This document shows, in pieces, positions 9,493 through 18,689 of a DNA stretch of 64,000 bases; the stretch's first letter is position 1; the number at the start of each line of letters is the position of its first letter. Made by a program: the position numbers and the translations under genes. The stretch spans positions 69,277 through 133,276 of the forward strand of contig CAKPDP010000004.1 in the NCBI GenBank assembly GCA_934149105.1, written 5' to 3'. Under the pieces are notes generated by a model. That model was not told the origin of the DNA and searched no databases. It worked only from the letters and a program-made list of their open reading frames with translations. Source of the DNA: an uncultured Bacilli bacterium. Its GTDB lineage: Bacteria > Bacillota_I > Bacilli_A > RF39 > UBA660.

Positions 9493-10053
9493 CTATAACT
9501 TAAAGTCCTCAAAATCATCATCAGCCATATTCTTTCTATCAAAATATAACTTCTCTTGATACTTATTCAAAAGAGCAATGATTCTATAAGGAAATTTATT
9601 TATTAATCTATTATATTCCGAAATATTCTTATTATAATAATTTATTTCAATATCTAACTTATCATTAACATCTTCTATATTCTTAATTAATTTCTCTATC
9701 TCTTCGTTATTAGCTATCTCTTCATTTTCATCTCTATAAGTAAGTAGCTCATTATAAGCCGTAACCAATTTTCTTAATAATTCAAAATTACCAATCTTTC
9801 TACTTCTTAATTTAACTATCTCTTCAAAAGAATCATTCTTAACTTCTTCATTTTTACTCTTAATTATCGATACACATCTATTTATAAAATCATACTTACT
9901 TCTAAGTGAAGTATCGATAGAAGCTTCTACCTCATTAATTCTAATAATGTAATCTTGAAATCTATTATAACTACTAGCATATACTACAAAAATAACACAA
10001 ATTAAAATAACCACAATAATTAATATAGCTATTAAAATATCCACCTTAATCAC
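9493..10053 (-). CDS. LemA-family membrane protein.
   Basis: An N-terminal TM helix followed by 'YNRFQDYIIRINEVEASIDTSLRSKYDFI' matches the LemA pattern 'YN.L..L...V..aW..Id..L.RR.DLIPNLV'. Confidence 0.55.
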   Translation of the reverse strand: MIKVDILIAILIIVVILICVIFVVYASSYNRFQDYIIRINEVEASIDTSLRSKYDFINRCVSIIKSKNEEVKNDSFEEIVKLRSRKIGNFELLRKLVTAYNELLTYRDENEEIANNEEIEKLIKNIEDVNDKLDIEINYYNKNISEYNRLINKFPYRIIALLNKYQEKLYFDRKNMADDDFEDFKL

Positions 10054-10105
10054 TTCCTATTATGATTATAACAAAGATAGATAAGTTTGTAAATACTGGC
10101 GTTTT

Positions 10106-10513
10106 CTAATTCTGTAAGTAAAATTCTTTATTATAATTAACTGATTCTTCGAAAGTAACAAAATCTAGATATATCATTAATACTAAGTACCATTCTCCCG
10201 TTGTTGGGTTAGAAATTATAATATGATCACGGCCTGCTTGTTCAATAATTCCTTCAAAAACTCGGTCTTGCCATTTTATTGAGCCTGGTACCGTTACATG
10301 AAATTTAGCTTTCTTACCTCGATTTAATCTCAAGATATTCTCTACATAAGATTGCTCAGCAGGAATATTATTAGAGTTACTATAATTAGTTTGCGTCTGT
10401 TCGTAACTAGGAACTGACTGTTGATTAGGAACAGTATTATTATTAAGACCTATTCCGGGAAAACTCGTACTAGGAAAGTAATTATTTCCATTCATTTTAT
10501 CAAATCCTTTCAC
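10106..10513 (-). CDS. GerQ-like spore coat protein.
   Basis: A Gln/Asn-rich N-terminus, then a C-terminal block 'ENILRLNRGKK...GIIEQAGRDHIIISNPTTGEWYLVLMIYLDFVTF' that resembles the GerQ/YwdL conserved domain as I recall it. Confidence 0.45.
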   Translation of the reverse strand: MKGFDKMNGNNYFPSTSFPGIGLNNNTVPNQQSVPSYEQTQTNYSNSNNIPAEQSYVENILRLNRGKKAKFHVTVPGSIKWQDRVFEGIIEQAGRDHIIISNPTTGEWYLVLMIYLDFVTFEESVNYNKEFYLQN

Positions 10514-10599
10514 TTCTAATCATATTATAAAAGTCAATTATTATGAAAAAAGTTTACATTAAAATCATTATTTGCTATAATAAATTTGAGATGATGAGA

Positions 10600-11541
10600 A
10601 TGCAAAAAGATTTAAAAATTATATTTATGGGAACTCCTAAATTTGCCGTTCCTATCCTAGAAGAATTAATAAAAGATTATCATGTTGTCCTAGTTGTTTG
10701 TCAACCTGATCGGGAAAAAGATAAAAAAGGAAATCTTCTTTACCCACCTGTCAAAGAATTAGCCCTTCAGAATAATATTCCTGTTTTTCAGCCTTTAAAA
10801 GTTTACACCGATTATCAAGAAATTCTAAACTATCAGCCTGATTTAATTGTTACTTGTGCCTACGGCCAAATAATTCCCAATGAAATCCTTAACTGCCCTA
10901 AATATGGTTGTATCAACGTTCATGGTTCCTTGCTTCCTAAATTACGTGGCGGAGCACCTATTCATTGGGCCATCATTAATGGCAATAAAGAAACAGGCAT
11001 TACTATTATGGACATGACTTCTAAAATGGATGCTGGTGATATTATAAGTTCTAGAAGTATTCCTATTGCCGATGATGATTACTTAGATCTAGTCTATGAA
11101 AAATTATCTTATCTAGGAAGAGATCTTCTAAAAGAAACCCTTCCTAGCATTTTAAATCAAACTGCTACTAGAACCAAACAAGATGAAAGTAAAGTTACTT
11201 TTGGTATGAATATCAAAAAAGGAGAAGAACGAATAAACTTTAATAATAGTGCCACCAATATTCGCAATTTAATTCGTGGTCTAAATTCTCACCCTGGAGC
11301 TTATTGCCTTTTAGATGGCAAACGTCTAAAAATATATACAGCCAGTATCCTAGACCAAAAATCTTCTCTTCCTCCGGGAACTATCACTGGTCTTACTAAA
11401 GATGGTATCCTAGTAAGTACCCAAGATAATATTTTAAAAATTCAAGAAATAAAATTAGAAGGCAAAAAAAGATGCCTTGTCAGTGATTTCTTAAATGGAA
11501 ATCAACATAAAGAAAGTTTAATAGGTAAGGTGTTAGAATGA
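10600..11541 (+). CDS. fmt: Methionyl-tRNA formyltransferase.
   Basis: 'KIIFMGTPKFAVPILEEL', 'VVCQPD' and 'NVHGSLLPKLRGGAPIHWAI' are the Fmt N-terminal and catalytic motifs. The start is moved to the ATG at 10600 (MQKDLKIIF...), since the ORF-track start at 10543 adds an implausible leader. Confidence 0.9.
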   Translation: MQKDLKIIFMGTPKFAVPILEELIKDYHVVLVVCQPDREKDKKGNLLYPPVKELALQNNIPVFQPLKVYTDYQEILNYQPDLIVTCAYGQIIPNEILNCPKYGCINVHGSLLPKLRGGAPIHWAIINGNKETGITIMDMTSKMDAGDIISSRSIPIADDDYLDLVYEKLSYLGRDLLKETLPSILNQTATRTKQDESKVTFGMNIKKGEERINFNNSATNIRNLIRGLNSHPGAYCLLDGKRLKIYTASILDQKSSLPPGTITGLTKDGILVSTQDNILKIQEIKLEGKKRCLVSDFLNGNQHKESLIGKVLE

Positions 11542-12440
11542 GCTTAAGAGATTATGAAATTCAAGAAGAAATAAGAAAGAAAAGTCATCAGAAAAATAAA
11601 GACCAAGAGCCAGAACAAGAAGACGAGTTAAAAGACGAACCTGACAAGGCCACTAATCCTGAAGATCAAAGCCCCGAATCCAATTTCAATCTTGAACCTG
11701 AAAAGAAAAATCTTTATCAAAAATTCAAAACTGAAAAAAAATTTCGCGCTAAAGCTGAATTGATCTTCTATGGAGCTATCTTATTAATAATCATCTTAGG
11801 AGCTCAATTATCTTCTCTTTTTGGTACCAATAATTACACTCCTAGTTCTAATACTACTACCAATCAAACAGAAAATGAGCCCTCTAACTCTTTGGCCAAT
11901 TCTACTACTCAGACCGATCTTTATAAAGAACTAAATGATTATTATAATGCTAATATTAAAGTAATAGCCCTTAAAGACGGTACTACTAGTACTAGAGAAT
12001 ATACTCTTACTAAAGAAAAAACCGATCCTGTAAGTACTCCAACCTTAAAGAAAATAAATTCTGATACTACTGAAACTACCTATACTATCAGTGATACTGA
12101 AGAATTCTATACTACTACTGAACCTATAACTCAGATCCCTGAAACTGATATCTTTGATCTCGTTTCTTATAAATATTTAAACTTAACTAATCTCAAAAAA
12201 TATATTGCTAAGGGTACTACTGATTACGTAACTAATTATAGTAATGGAACTGAATTAACCTCTTATAAAATACCAATCAAAACCATTATCTTAGATAATA
12301 CTACCGATGATTATATTACTATCAATGTAACTACTACTACTGATACTGTAACTTTTAAAATAGATTACACTAATCTCTTAAAAAATTCTACTATTGATAG
12401 TTGTAACGTTGAAATAACTTATACCAATATTACCGCTTAA
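11538..12440 (+). CDS. Acidic, Ser/Thr-rich membrane-anchored protein of unknown function.
   Basis: A charged N-terminus, one TM helix (LIFYGAILLIIILGA), and a Thr/Asn-rich C-terminal region. Its ATG overlaps the fmt stop (ATGA), which suggests translational coupling. Confidence 0.55.
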   Translation: MSLRDYEIQEEIRKKSHQKNKDQEPEQEDELKDEPDKATNPEDQSPESNFNLEPEKKNLYQKFKTEKKFRAKAELIFYGAILLIIILGAQLSSLFGTNNYTPSSNTTTNQTENEPSNSLANSTTQTDLYKELNDYYNANIKVIALKDGTTSTREYTLTKEKTDPVSTPTLKKINSDTTETTYTISDTEEFYTTTEPITQIPETDIFDLVSYKYLNLTNLKKYIAKGTTDYVTNYSNGTELTSYKIPIKTIILDNTTDDYITINVTTTTDTVTFKIDYTNLLKNSTIDSCNVEITYTNITA

Positions 12441-12441
12441 A

Positions 12442-12476
12442 AAGTTATAATCTTTCTATAACTTTTTTCTTTTTTA
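12442..12476 (+). terminator. Rho-independent terminator.
   Basis: AAGTTATAA-tctttc-TATAACTT followed by TTTTCTTTTTT. Confidence 0.65.
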
Positions 12477-12797
12477 TCATTGCTTTTTAATTTAGTAAAT
12501 TTTTTCACTTAAAAAAAGCCTAGAAATTCTCTGAAAACTGTTGTAAGCATTTGTTTAAGATGATGTACTGATTTTCGATGAGTAAAGATAGTAATATGGA
12601 AATACTTAAAGGACATGCCTATAGGCTTGAAAATCTATAACAAATAATTTCACTAAATAAAAATATTGGGTTTGTCAGTAGTAGTGCTCAGTATGAAATC
12701 TGTATTCAGATAAGTCTGTAAAGTTTTAGTCAATGTAATTGCCAATCCATAATACTTATGTTACAATTATTCTAGACTATTAATTAGGAGGTAAAAT

Positions 12798-13694
12798 ATG
12801 AAAGGAATAATTCTAGCCGGAGGATCAGGAACCCGATTATATCCTATAACTGAAGGAATAAGTAAACAATTAGTACCAGTCTACGACAAGCCAATGATTT
12901 ACTATCCGTTATCAGTTCTAATGGAAGCAGGTATTAAAGATATCCTAGTTATAACTACGGCTTCAGATCAAGCTGGATTTAAAAAATTATTACAAACTGG
13001 TGAAAAATTCGGCGTTAATATTACATATACTATTCAACCTAGTCCTGATGGACTAGCTCAAGCCTTTATCTTAGGCAAAGATTTTATTGGCGATGACGCC
13101 TGTGCTATGGTCTTAGGAGATAATATTTTTTATGGCCACGGTCTAAAAAAATTATTAAAAGAAGCTACTAATAATGCCCAAAATGGTCTAGCTACTATTT
13201 TTGGCTATCAAGTAAAAGATCCTGAACGTTTTGGTATCATGGAAATTGAAGAAACTGGAACTGAAACTCGTGTTTTAAGTGTAGAAGAAAAACCGCTAAA
13301 TCCTAAAAGTGATTATGCTATAACTGGTCTTTACTTTTATCCTAAAGGCGTTAGCCAATTAGCTAAAAAAGTAAAACCATCAGCTCGTGGAGAATTAGAA
13401 ATAACTTCTTTAAACGATATGTATCTTCAACAAAATAAATTAAGAGCCTGCTTATTAGGAGATGGTTATACTTGGTTCGATACTGGAACTTTTGACAGCC
13501 TTTTAGATGCTTCTAACATGGTTAGAACTATCGAAAATAACCGTGATAATGTTATTTGTTGTCCAGAATATATTGCTTACAAAAATAAATGGATCACTAA
13601 AGAAAGATTACAAGAAACTGCTAATCTTTTAAAGAAAAATAGTTACGGTAAGTATCTAAATAAGATAGCTTCCAAAGAGAAAGGAAAAGAATAA
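12798..13694 (+). CDS. rmlA: Glucose-1-phosphate thymidylyltransferase.
   Basis: 'MKGIILAGGSGTRLYPIT...SKQLVPVYDKPMIYYPLS' is the canonical RmlA N-terminus. Confidence 0.95.
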   Translation: MKGIILAGGSGTRLYPITEGISKQLVPVYDKPMIYYPLSVLMEAGIKDILVITTASDQAGFKKLLQTGEKFGVNITYTIQPSPDGLAQAFILGKDFIGDDACAMVLGDNIFYGHGLKKLLKEATNNAQNGLATIFGYQVKDPERFGIMEIEETGTETRVLSVEEKPLNPKSDYAITGLYFYPKGVSQLAKKVKPSARGELEITSLNDMYLQQNKLRACLLGDGYTWFDTGTFDSLLDASNMVRTIENNRDNVICCPEYIAYKNKWITKERLQETANLLKKNSYGKYLNKIASKEKGKE

Positions 13695-13695
13695 T

Positions 13696-14565
13696 ATGAA
13701 AGCATTAATAACTGGAATAACAGGCCAATTAGGCTATGACATTAAAAGAACTCTAGAAGAGTTAGGCTATACTGATATAGTTGCACCTACCTATCTTGAA
13801 ATGGATATTACTAACGAAGACCAAGTTGCTTCTTATATCCTAAATAATAAACCAGATATTATCTATCATTGTGCTGCTTATACCGCTGTTGATAAAGCCG
13901 AAGAAGAACAAGAAAAATGCTATAACATCAATGTTCTGGGAACTAGATATATTGCTAAGTATGCAAATAGAGTAGGGGCCAAATTAATCTACATTAGTAC
14001 TGACTATGTTTTTCATGGCGACAAAGATGGACTTTATGAACCAACTGATCCCATAAATCCTGTTAATTATTATGGTAAAACCAAATATTTAGGTGAACAA
14101 GAAGTGATAACTAATACTTCTAATTATATAATAACCAGAATTTCTTGGGTTTTTGGTCTTAATGGCAACAATTTTATTAAAACTATGTTACGCCTAGCTA
14201 CTACTCATTCAGAATTAAATGTTGTCTCTGATCAAATTGGTAGTCCTACTTATACCAAAGACTTATCTAAATTATTAATTAAAATGTCTTTATCAGATAA
14301 AACAGGTATCTATCATGTAACTAATGAAGGATATTGCAGCTGGGCTGAATTTGCCGAATATATCTTTAAAGAAGCTAATTTAAATGTCAAAGTAAATCCT
14401 ATTTTAACTAAAGATTATAAAACCACAGCTACTCGTCCCTTGAATTCTAAAATGGATAAAGCCAAACTCTTAGAAGATGGTTTTTATAAATTACCAACTT
14501 GGCAAGATGCCACTAAAAGATATTTAGAAGAACTAAACAAAGAAAAGGAAGTTGAAAATAAATGA
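13696..14565 (+). CDS. rmlD: dTDP-4-dehydrorhamnose reductase.
   Basis: 'MKALITGITGQLG' opens a Rossmann fold and 'STDYVF' is present. Position in the rml operon agrees. Confidence 0.9.
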   Translation: MKALITGITGQLGYDIKRTLEELGYTDIVAPTYLEMDITNEDQVASYILNNKPDIIYHCAAYTAVDKAEEEQEKCYNINVLGTRYIAKYANRVGAKLIYISTDYVFHGDKDGLYEPTDPINPVNYYGKTKYLGEQEVITNTSNYIITRISWVFGLNGNNFIKTMLRLATTHSELNVVSDQIGSPTYTKDLSKLLIKMSLSDKTGIYHVTNEGYCSWAEFAEYIFKEANLNVKVNPILTKDYKTTATRPLNSKMDKAKLLEDGFYKLPTWQDATKRYLEELNKEKEVENK

Positions 14566-15569
14566 AAATATTAGTAACCGGAGGAGCCGGATTTATAGGA
14601 AGTAATTTTATGCATTATGAGGTCAAAAAATATCCTGACGATAATTTTGTTTGCCTTGATGCCTTAACATATGCTGGAAACTATAACAGTATCAAAGATC
14701 TAGAATCTTACCCTAACTACAAATTTGTTCATGGTGATATAACTTCTAGAGACTTTATTTATAACTTATTTGAACAAGAAAAATTTGATATCGTTATCAA
14801 TTTTGCTGCTGAAAGCCATGTCGATAACAGTATTAAAAATCCTGAGATTTTCTTACAAACCAACATTATTGGTACTAGTGTTTTACTAGATGCTTGTAGA
14901 AAATATGGCATCAAAAGATATCATCAAATCTCAACTGATGAAGTATATGGAGACTTACCATTAGATAGACCTGATCTTCTTTTCACTGAAGAAACACCCC
15001 TTCATACTTCTAGTCCATATTCTACTTCTAAGGCTAGTGCTGATCTCTTAGTAATGGCTTATCACAGAACTTATGGCCTTCCTGTGACTATTTCTAGATG
15101 TTCTAATAATTACGGACCTTACCAATTCCCAGAGAAACTAATTCCTGTCGTTATCAGTAAGGCTTTAAAGAATGAAAGTATACCTGTCTATGGCCAAGGT
15201 ACCAATGTTAGAGACTGGATCCATGTTATTGATCATAATATTGGTGTTGATTTAATCGTTAGAAAGGGTCGTGATGGAGAAGTCTATAACTTAGGTGGAC
15301 ATTCTGAACGAACTAATATCGAAGTAGTTAAAACAATTCTTAAACAATTAGGAAAACCAGAAAGTCTTATAACCTTTGTTGAAGATAGAAAAGGTCATGA
15401 TTTAAGATACGCCATTAATTCTACTAAAGCTGAACAAGAATTAGGTTGGGATCGTACTTATACTTTTGAACAAGGTATTAAAGAAACTGTCGATTGGTAT
15501 TTAAATAACACTGATTGGATCGAGAATATCCTTTCTGGTGAATATAAGAATGCTTACAAAGGAAAGTAG
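14562..15569 (+). CDS. rmlB: dTDP-glucose 4,6-dehydratase.
   Basis: 'MKILVTGGAGFIGSNF', 'ISTDEVYG' and a YxxxK catalytic motif. Confidence 0.95.
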   Translation: MKILVTGGAGFIGSNFMHYEVKKYPDDNFVCLDALTYAGNYNSIKDLESYPNYKFVHGDITSRDFIYNLFEQEKFDIVINFAAESHVDNSIKNPEIFLQTNIIGTSVLLDACRKYGIKRYHQISTDEVYGDLPLDRPDLLFTEETPLHTSSPYSTSKASADLLVMAYHRTYGLPVTISRCSNNYGPYQFPEKLIPVVISKALKNESIPVYGQGTNVRDWIHVIDHNIGVDLIVRKGRDGEVYNLGGHSERTNIEVVKTILKQLGKPESLITFVEDRKGHDLRYAINSTKAEQELGWDRTYTFEQGIKETVDWYLNNTDWIENILSGEYKNAYKGK

Positions 15570-15579
15570 GGGAGAGTAT

Positions 15580-16155
15580 ATGATAAAAAAAATAGCAACT
15601 AACTTACAAGATTGTTATATCTTAGAGCCTGATCGTTTTGGTGATGAACGTGGTTATTTTAGCCCTTTCTTCATCGCTAACGATTTACAAAAACTAGAAA
15701 TTAATTTTGAAAAGGTTGTTCAAGCAAACCGTAGTAAAAGTTCTAAAGGTGTTGTCAGAGGCCTACACTTTCAAAAGAACCCTAAATGCCAAGCTAAAAT
15801 AGTGGAAGTAATTCAAGGAAAAGCCATCGACGTCGTAGTAGATATTCGTAAATGTTCACCTACATACGGTAAAAGCACTAGTGTTCTCTTAACTCCTGAT
15901 AATAATCGTCAACTATTTGTCCCTAGAGGTTTCGCTCATGGCTTTATCAGTTTAGAAGATAATACTATCTTTCAATATTTGATAGATAATGATTATGCCC
16001 CTGAAGAAGAGGGTGGTATCCTTTGGAATGATCCTGATCTAGGAATTGATTGGGAAGGAATGTTTAAAGAATATAACATTCAAACTCCACTCTTATCAGA
16101 AAAAGATCTAAATAGAAAACCACTCAAAGAAAGTCCTACTTACTTTGAATATTAA
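15580..16155 (+). CDS. rmlC: dTDP-4-dehydrorhamnose 3,5-epimerase.
   Basis: 'FGDERGYF', 'RGLHFQ' and 'QAKIVEVIQGKAIDVVVDIR' match the RmlC cupin fold. The start is set to the ATG at 15580, which follows a GGGGAGAG RBS. Confidence 0.9.
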   Translation: MIKKIATNLQDCYILEPDRFGDERGYFSPFFIANDLQKLEINFEKVVQANRSKSSKGVVRGLHFQKNPKCQAKIVEVIQGKAIDVVVDIRKCSPTYGKSTSVLLTPDNNRQLFVPRGFAHGFISLEDNTIFQYLIDNDYAPEEEGGILWNDPDLGIDWEGMFKEYNIQTPLLSEKDLNRKPLKESPTYFEY

Positions 16156-16157
16156 TA

Positions 16158-16251
16158 GCAAAAATTGCTCCTCAAATTAGGTGCAATTTTTGCTAACCAT
16201 TTATTTCCTCTCCCTCCTTAATATTTAATTCTTGCAAAATATTAAAGGAGG
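16158..16251 (+). promoter_or_regulatory. A perfect 12-bp inverted repeat (AGCAAAAATTGC...GCAATTTTTGCT) followed by a second hairpin whose 3' arm contains the AAGGAGG RBS of the downstream lysozyme gene.
   Basis: Read directly from the sequence. 'CCTCCTTAATATT' at about 16213-16226 pairs with 'AATATTAAAGGAGG' at about 16238-16251, which would sequester the Shine-Dalgarno. Confidence 0.45.
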
Positions 16252-16257
16252 AATTAA

Positions 16258-18480
16258 ATGCAATATAAAAAATTAAAAATATTATCTACCATAGTACTTA
16301 TACTAACAATTATATTAAGTATAAGTATAAATCCTAAACCTCATGATCTAGTCTCTATTTCTAATAATACTTATTACTATCAAAATGGACTACCTCAAAA
16401 AGGTTTAATAACTATTAATAATAATAAATATTACTTTAACGATGCTACTGCCACCTTAGAAACAGGCTTTATCAGAACCTCTAAAGGTATCTATTATGCT
16501 AATTCTAATGGTGCTCTAAATACAGGACTAACCAAAATAAACAATAATTACTATTATTTTAACGAAAAGACTAATCTCTTAGAAACAGGATTGATAATTG
16601 TTAATCAAAATACTATTTATTATGCTAATGATTTAGGAATTCTTCAAAAAGGAACTCTAGAATTAAATAATCAAATCTACTATTTTGATGAACATACCTA
16701 TAAATTAGTAAACAGTTATCAAAAAGTACCATCTATAGTTAGTTCTAATGATGAGTATTCTAATTTTTCTAAAGAAGTTATCTCCAAAGATTTATCTTTA
16801 TCAAAAGATATCATTCCTACTATTAAAACTAATTGGCAAGAAGAAAATACTTTTCTTTATTACTATGATAGTACTGGAACTCTTCTTAAAGGATTAAACC
16901 AAATAGATACTGATTACTATTATTTTGATCCTTCAACTGGAATACTTCAAACTGGTTGGATAACTGATTCTGAAGCCAATATCTATTATGCTTCTTCTAC
17001 TGGTAAGTTATTAACAGGATTAAATAAAATAGACAATGACTGGTATTACCTTGATAAAGATACTTGTATTTTAAAGACTGGTCTTATTACTATAGATAAT
17101 ACTCTTACTTACTATAGTGATGATACTGGTAAAGTTCAAACTGGCCTTATCCTTACTGCTAATAAAGCCTATTATGCTAACGAAACTACTCATACTTTAG
17201 AAAAAGGCTTCATAACAACCCCTAATAACGATACTTACTATGCCAAAGAAGATAACACTTTGGTAACAGGCTTCATCGAAATATCTGGAAATACCTACTA
17301 TTTTAATCCTGATACCTATAAACAAGAAACCGGTAAAATAACTATTGCTAATAATTCTTATTATTTTGATAAAAATACTGCTATTTTATTAAAAAATTGG
17401 ATAACAGACGATAATAATACTTATCATTCTAATGATCAAGGTCTTCTCGATCAAGGCTTTGTAACTATCAATAATAATACCTATTACTTTAATGAAAATA
17501 CTAATATCTTAGAAACTGGTTGGATAACCATCAATAATTCTAAATATTTTGCCAACAATCTAGGTATAATTCAAACTGGAATAACTACTATTGATAATAA
17601 TAAATATTACCTAGATAACACTAATGGTAAATTATTATATGGTTTCATAACCTCTCCCTCTAATGATATCTATTACAGTAACGATCAAGGTATTATAGAA
17701 ACTGGTATCGTTACCATAGGTAATATTAAATATCTCTTTAATTCTGAAGGTATCTTAGAAAGTGGCTTCAAAACCATCGCTAATAATACTTACTATTATG
17801 ATGTCGATGGTCATAAATTAACTGGCCTAAATACTATCGGTAATACCAAATATCTCTTTAGCCCTGAAGGTGTACTATTACATGAAAACGTCTCTAAAGT
17901 AATCGATGTCTCTTCTCATCAAAAAACCATTAACTGGCATGCTGTCTCCAATAGTGATATTGATGGTGCTATCATAAGATTAGGTTACGGAACTAGTTAT
18001 AGTACTGAAACTGGTACTCTTGATAGTAAATTTCTAGAAAATTATTATAATTCTCTATCTTATAATCTTTTAAGAGGTATCTATCTTTATAGTTATGCTA
18101 TAGATACTAACTCTGCTAAAGAAGAAGCTAAATTTGTAGTTAATAATCTTCTTAAATATAATGTCCCTAAAAATATAACCATCTATTATGATCTAGAAAG
18201 TAATAATTGGACCCAAGCTCTAACTACCAACGACTATGATAATATTATTAAAACCTTTCTAACAATCTTAAATAATGCTGGTTACCAAGCTAAAATCTAT
18301 ACTTATAAATACTTAGCTGAGACCAAATTAAGCTCCTATGCTAGATCTAATCTAACTTGGATAGCCCAATATTATAAAGAATGTACCTATAAAGGTAACT
18401 ATAACGGTTGGCAATATACCAGTACAGGTTCCATACCTGGAATAGATGGAAACGTAGACATAAGCCTCTTTTGGCAATAA
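16258..18480 (+). CDS. Secreted cell-wall-binding-repeat protein with a C-terminal GH25 muramidase (lysozyme) domain, likely an autolysin.
   Basis: Signal peptide, then about 20 CW_binding_1-type repeats (G...YYF...G.L.TG). The C-terminal block 'VIDVSSHQKTINWHAVSNSDIDGAIIRLGYG' is typical of glycoside hydrolase family 25. Confidence 0.85.
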   Translation: MQYKKLKILSTIVLILTIILSISINPKPHDLVSISNNTYYYQNGLPQKGLITINNNKYYFNDATATLETGFIRTSKGIYYANSNGALNTGLTKINNNYYYFNEKTNLLETGLIIVNQNTIYYANDLGILQKGTLELNNQIYYFDEHTYKLVNSYQKVPSIVSSNDEYSNFSKEVISKDLSLSKDIIPTIKTNWQEENTFLYYYDSTGTLLKGLNQIDTDYYYFDPSTGILQTGWITDSEANIYYASSTGKLLTGLNKIDNDWYYLDKDTCILKTGLITIDNTLTYYSDDTGKVQTGLILTANKAYYANETTHTLEKGFITTPNNDTYYAKEDNTLVTGFIEISGNTYYFNPDTYKQETGKITIANNSYYFDKNTAILLKNWITDDNNTYHSNDQGLLDQGFVTINNNTYYFNENTNILETGWITINNSKYFANNLGIIQTGITTIDNNKYYLDNTNGKLLYGFITSPSNDIYYSNDQGIIETGIVTIGNIKYLFNSEGILESGFKTIANNTYYYDVDGHKLTGLNTIGNTKYLFSPEGVLLHENVSKVIDVSSHQKTINWHAVSNSDIDGAIIRLGYGTSYSTETGTLDSKFLENYYNSLSYNLLRGIYLYSYAIDTNSAKEEAKFVVNNLLKYNVPKNITIYYDLESNNWTQALTTNDYDNIIKTFLTILNNAGYQAKIYTYKYLAETKLSSYARSNLTWIAQYYKECTYKGNYNGWQYTSTGSIPGIDGNVDISLFWQ

Positions 18481-18508
18481 CAAGGAATTCCTCTTCCTTG
18501 TTTTTTTA
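18481..18508 (+). terminator. Rho-independent terminator.
   Basis: CAAGGAA-ttcctc-TTCCTTG followed by TTTTTTT. Confidence 0.75.
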
Positions 18509-18593
18509 AGTATTAGTAAATTTTATTTACTTATGTCCCTAATTAAGGTATACTTATTAAAGACAGATAGATAAATAAATTAAGAGGTGTAAT

Positions 18594-18651
18594 GTGAAAA
18601 AAATTTGCGTTTATACATGTATAACAGGTAATTACGATAAAGTAAAAAACT
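18594..18651 (+). pseudogene. Orphan 19-codon ORF (V/MKKICVYTCITGNYDKVKN*) resembling the N-terminus of DUF616/GT-like polysaccharide glycosyltransferases. Probably a gene remnant or a uORF.
   Basis: A GTG start after AAGAGGTG. The motif 'ICVYTCITGNYD' is the typical N-terminal strand and turn of that glycosyltransferase family, and the ORF is cut short by TAA. Confidence 0.3.
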
Positions 18652-18689
18652 AAAGTTTATGCTAGAGACATATTCAATAGAGATTAAAA

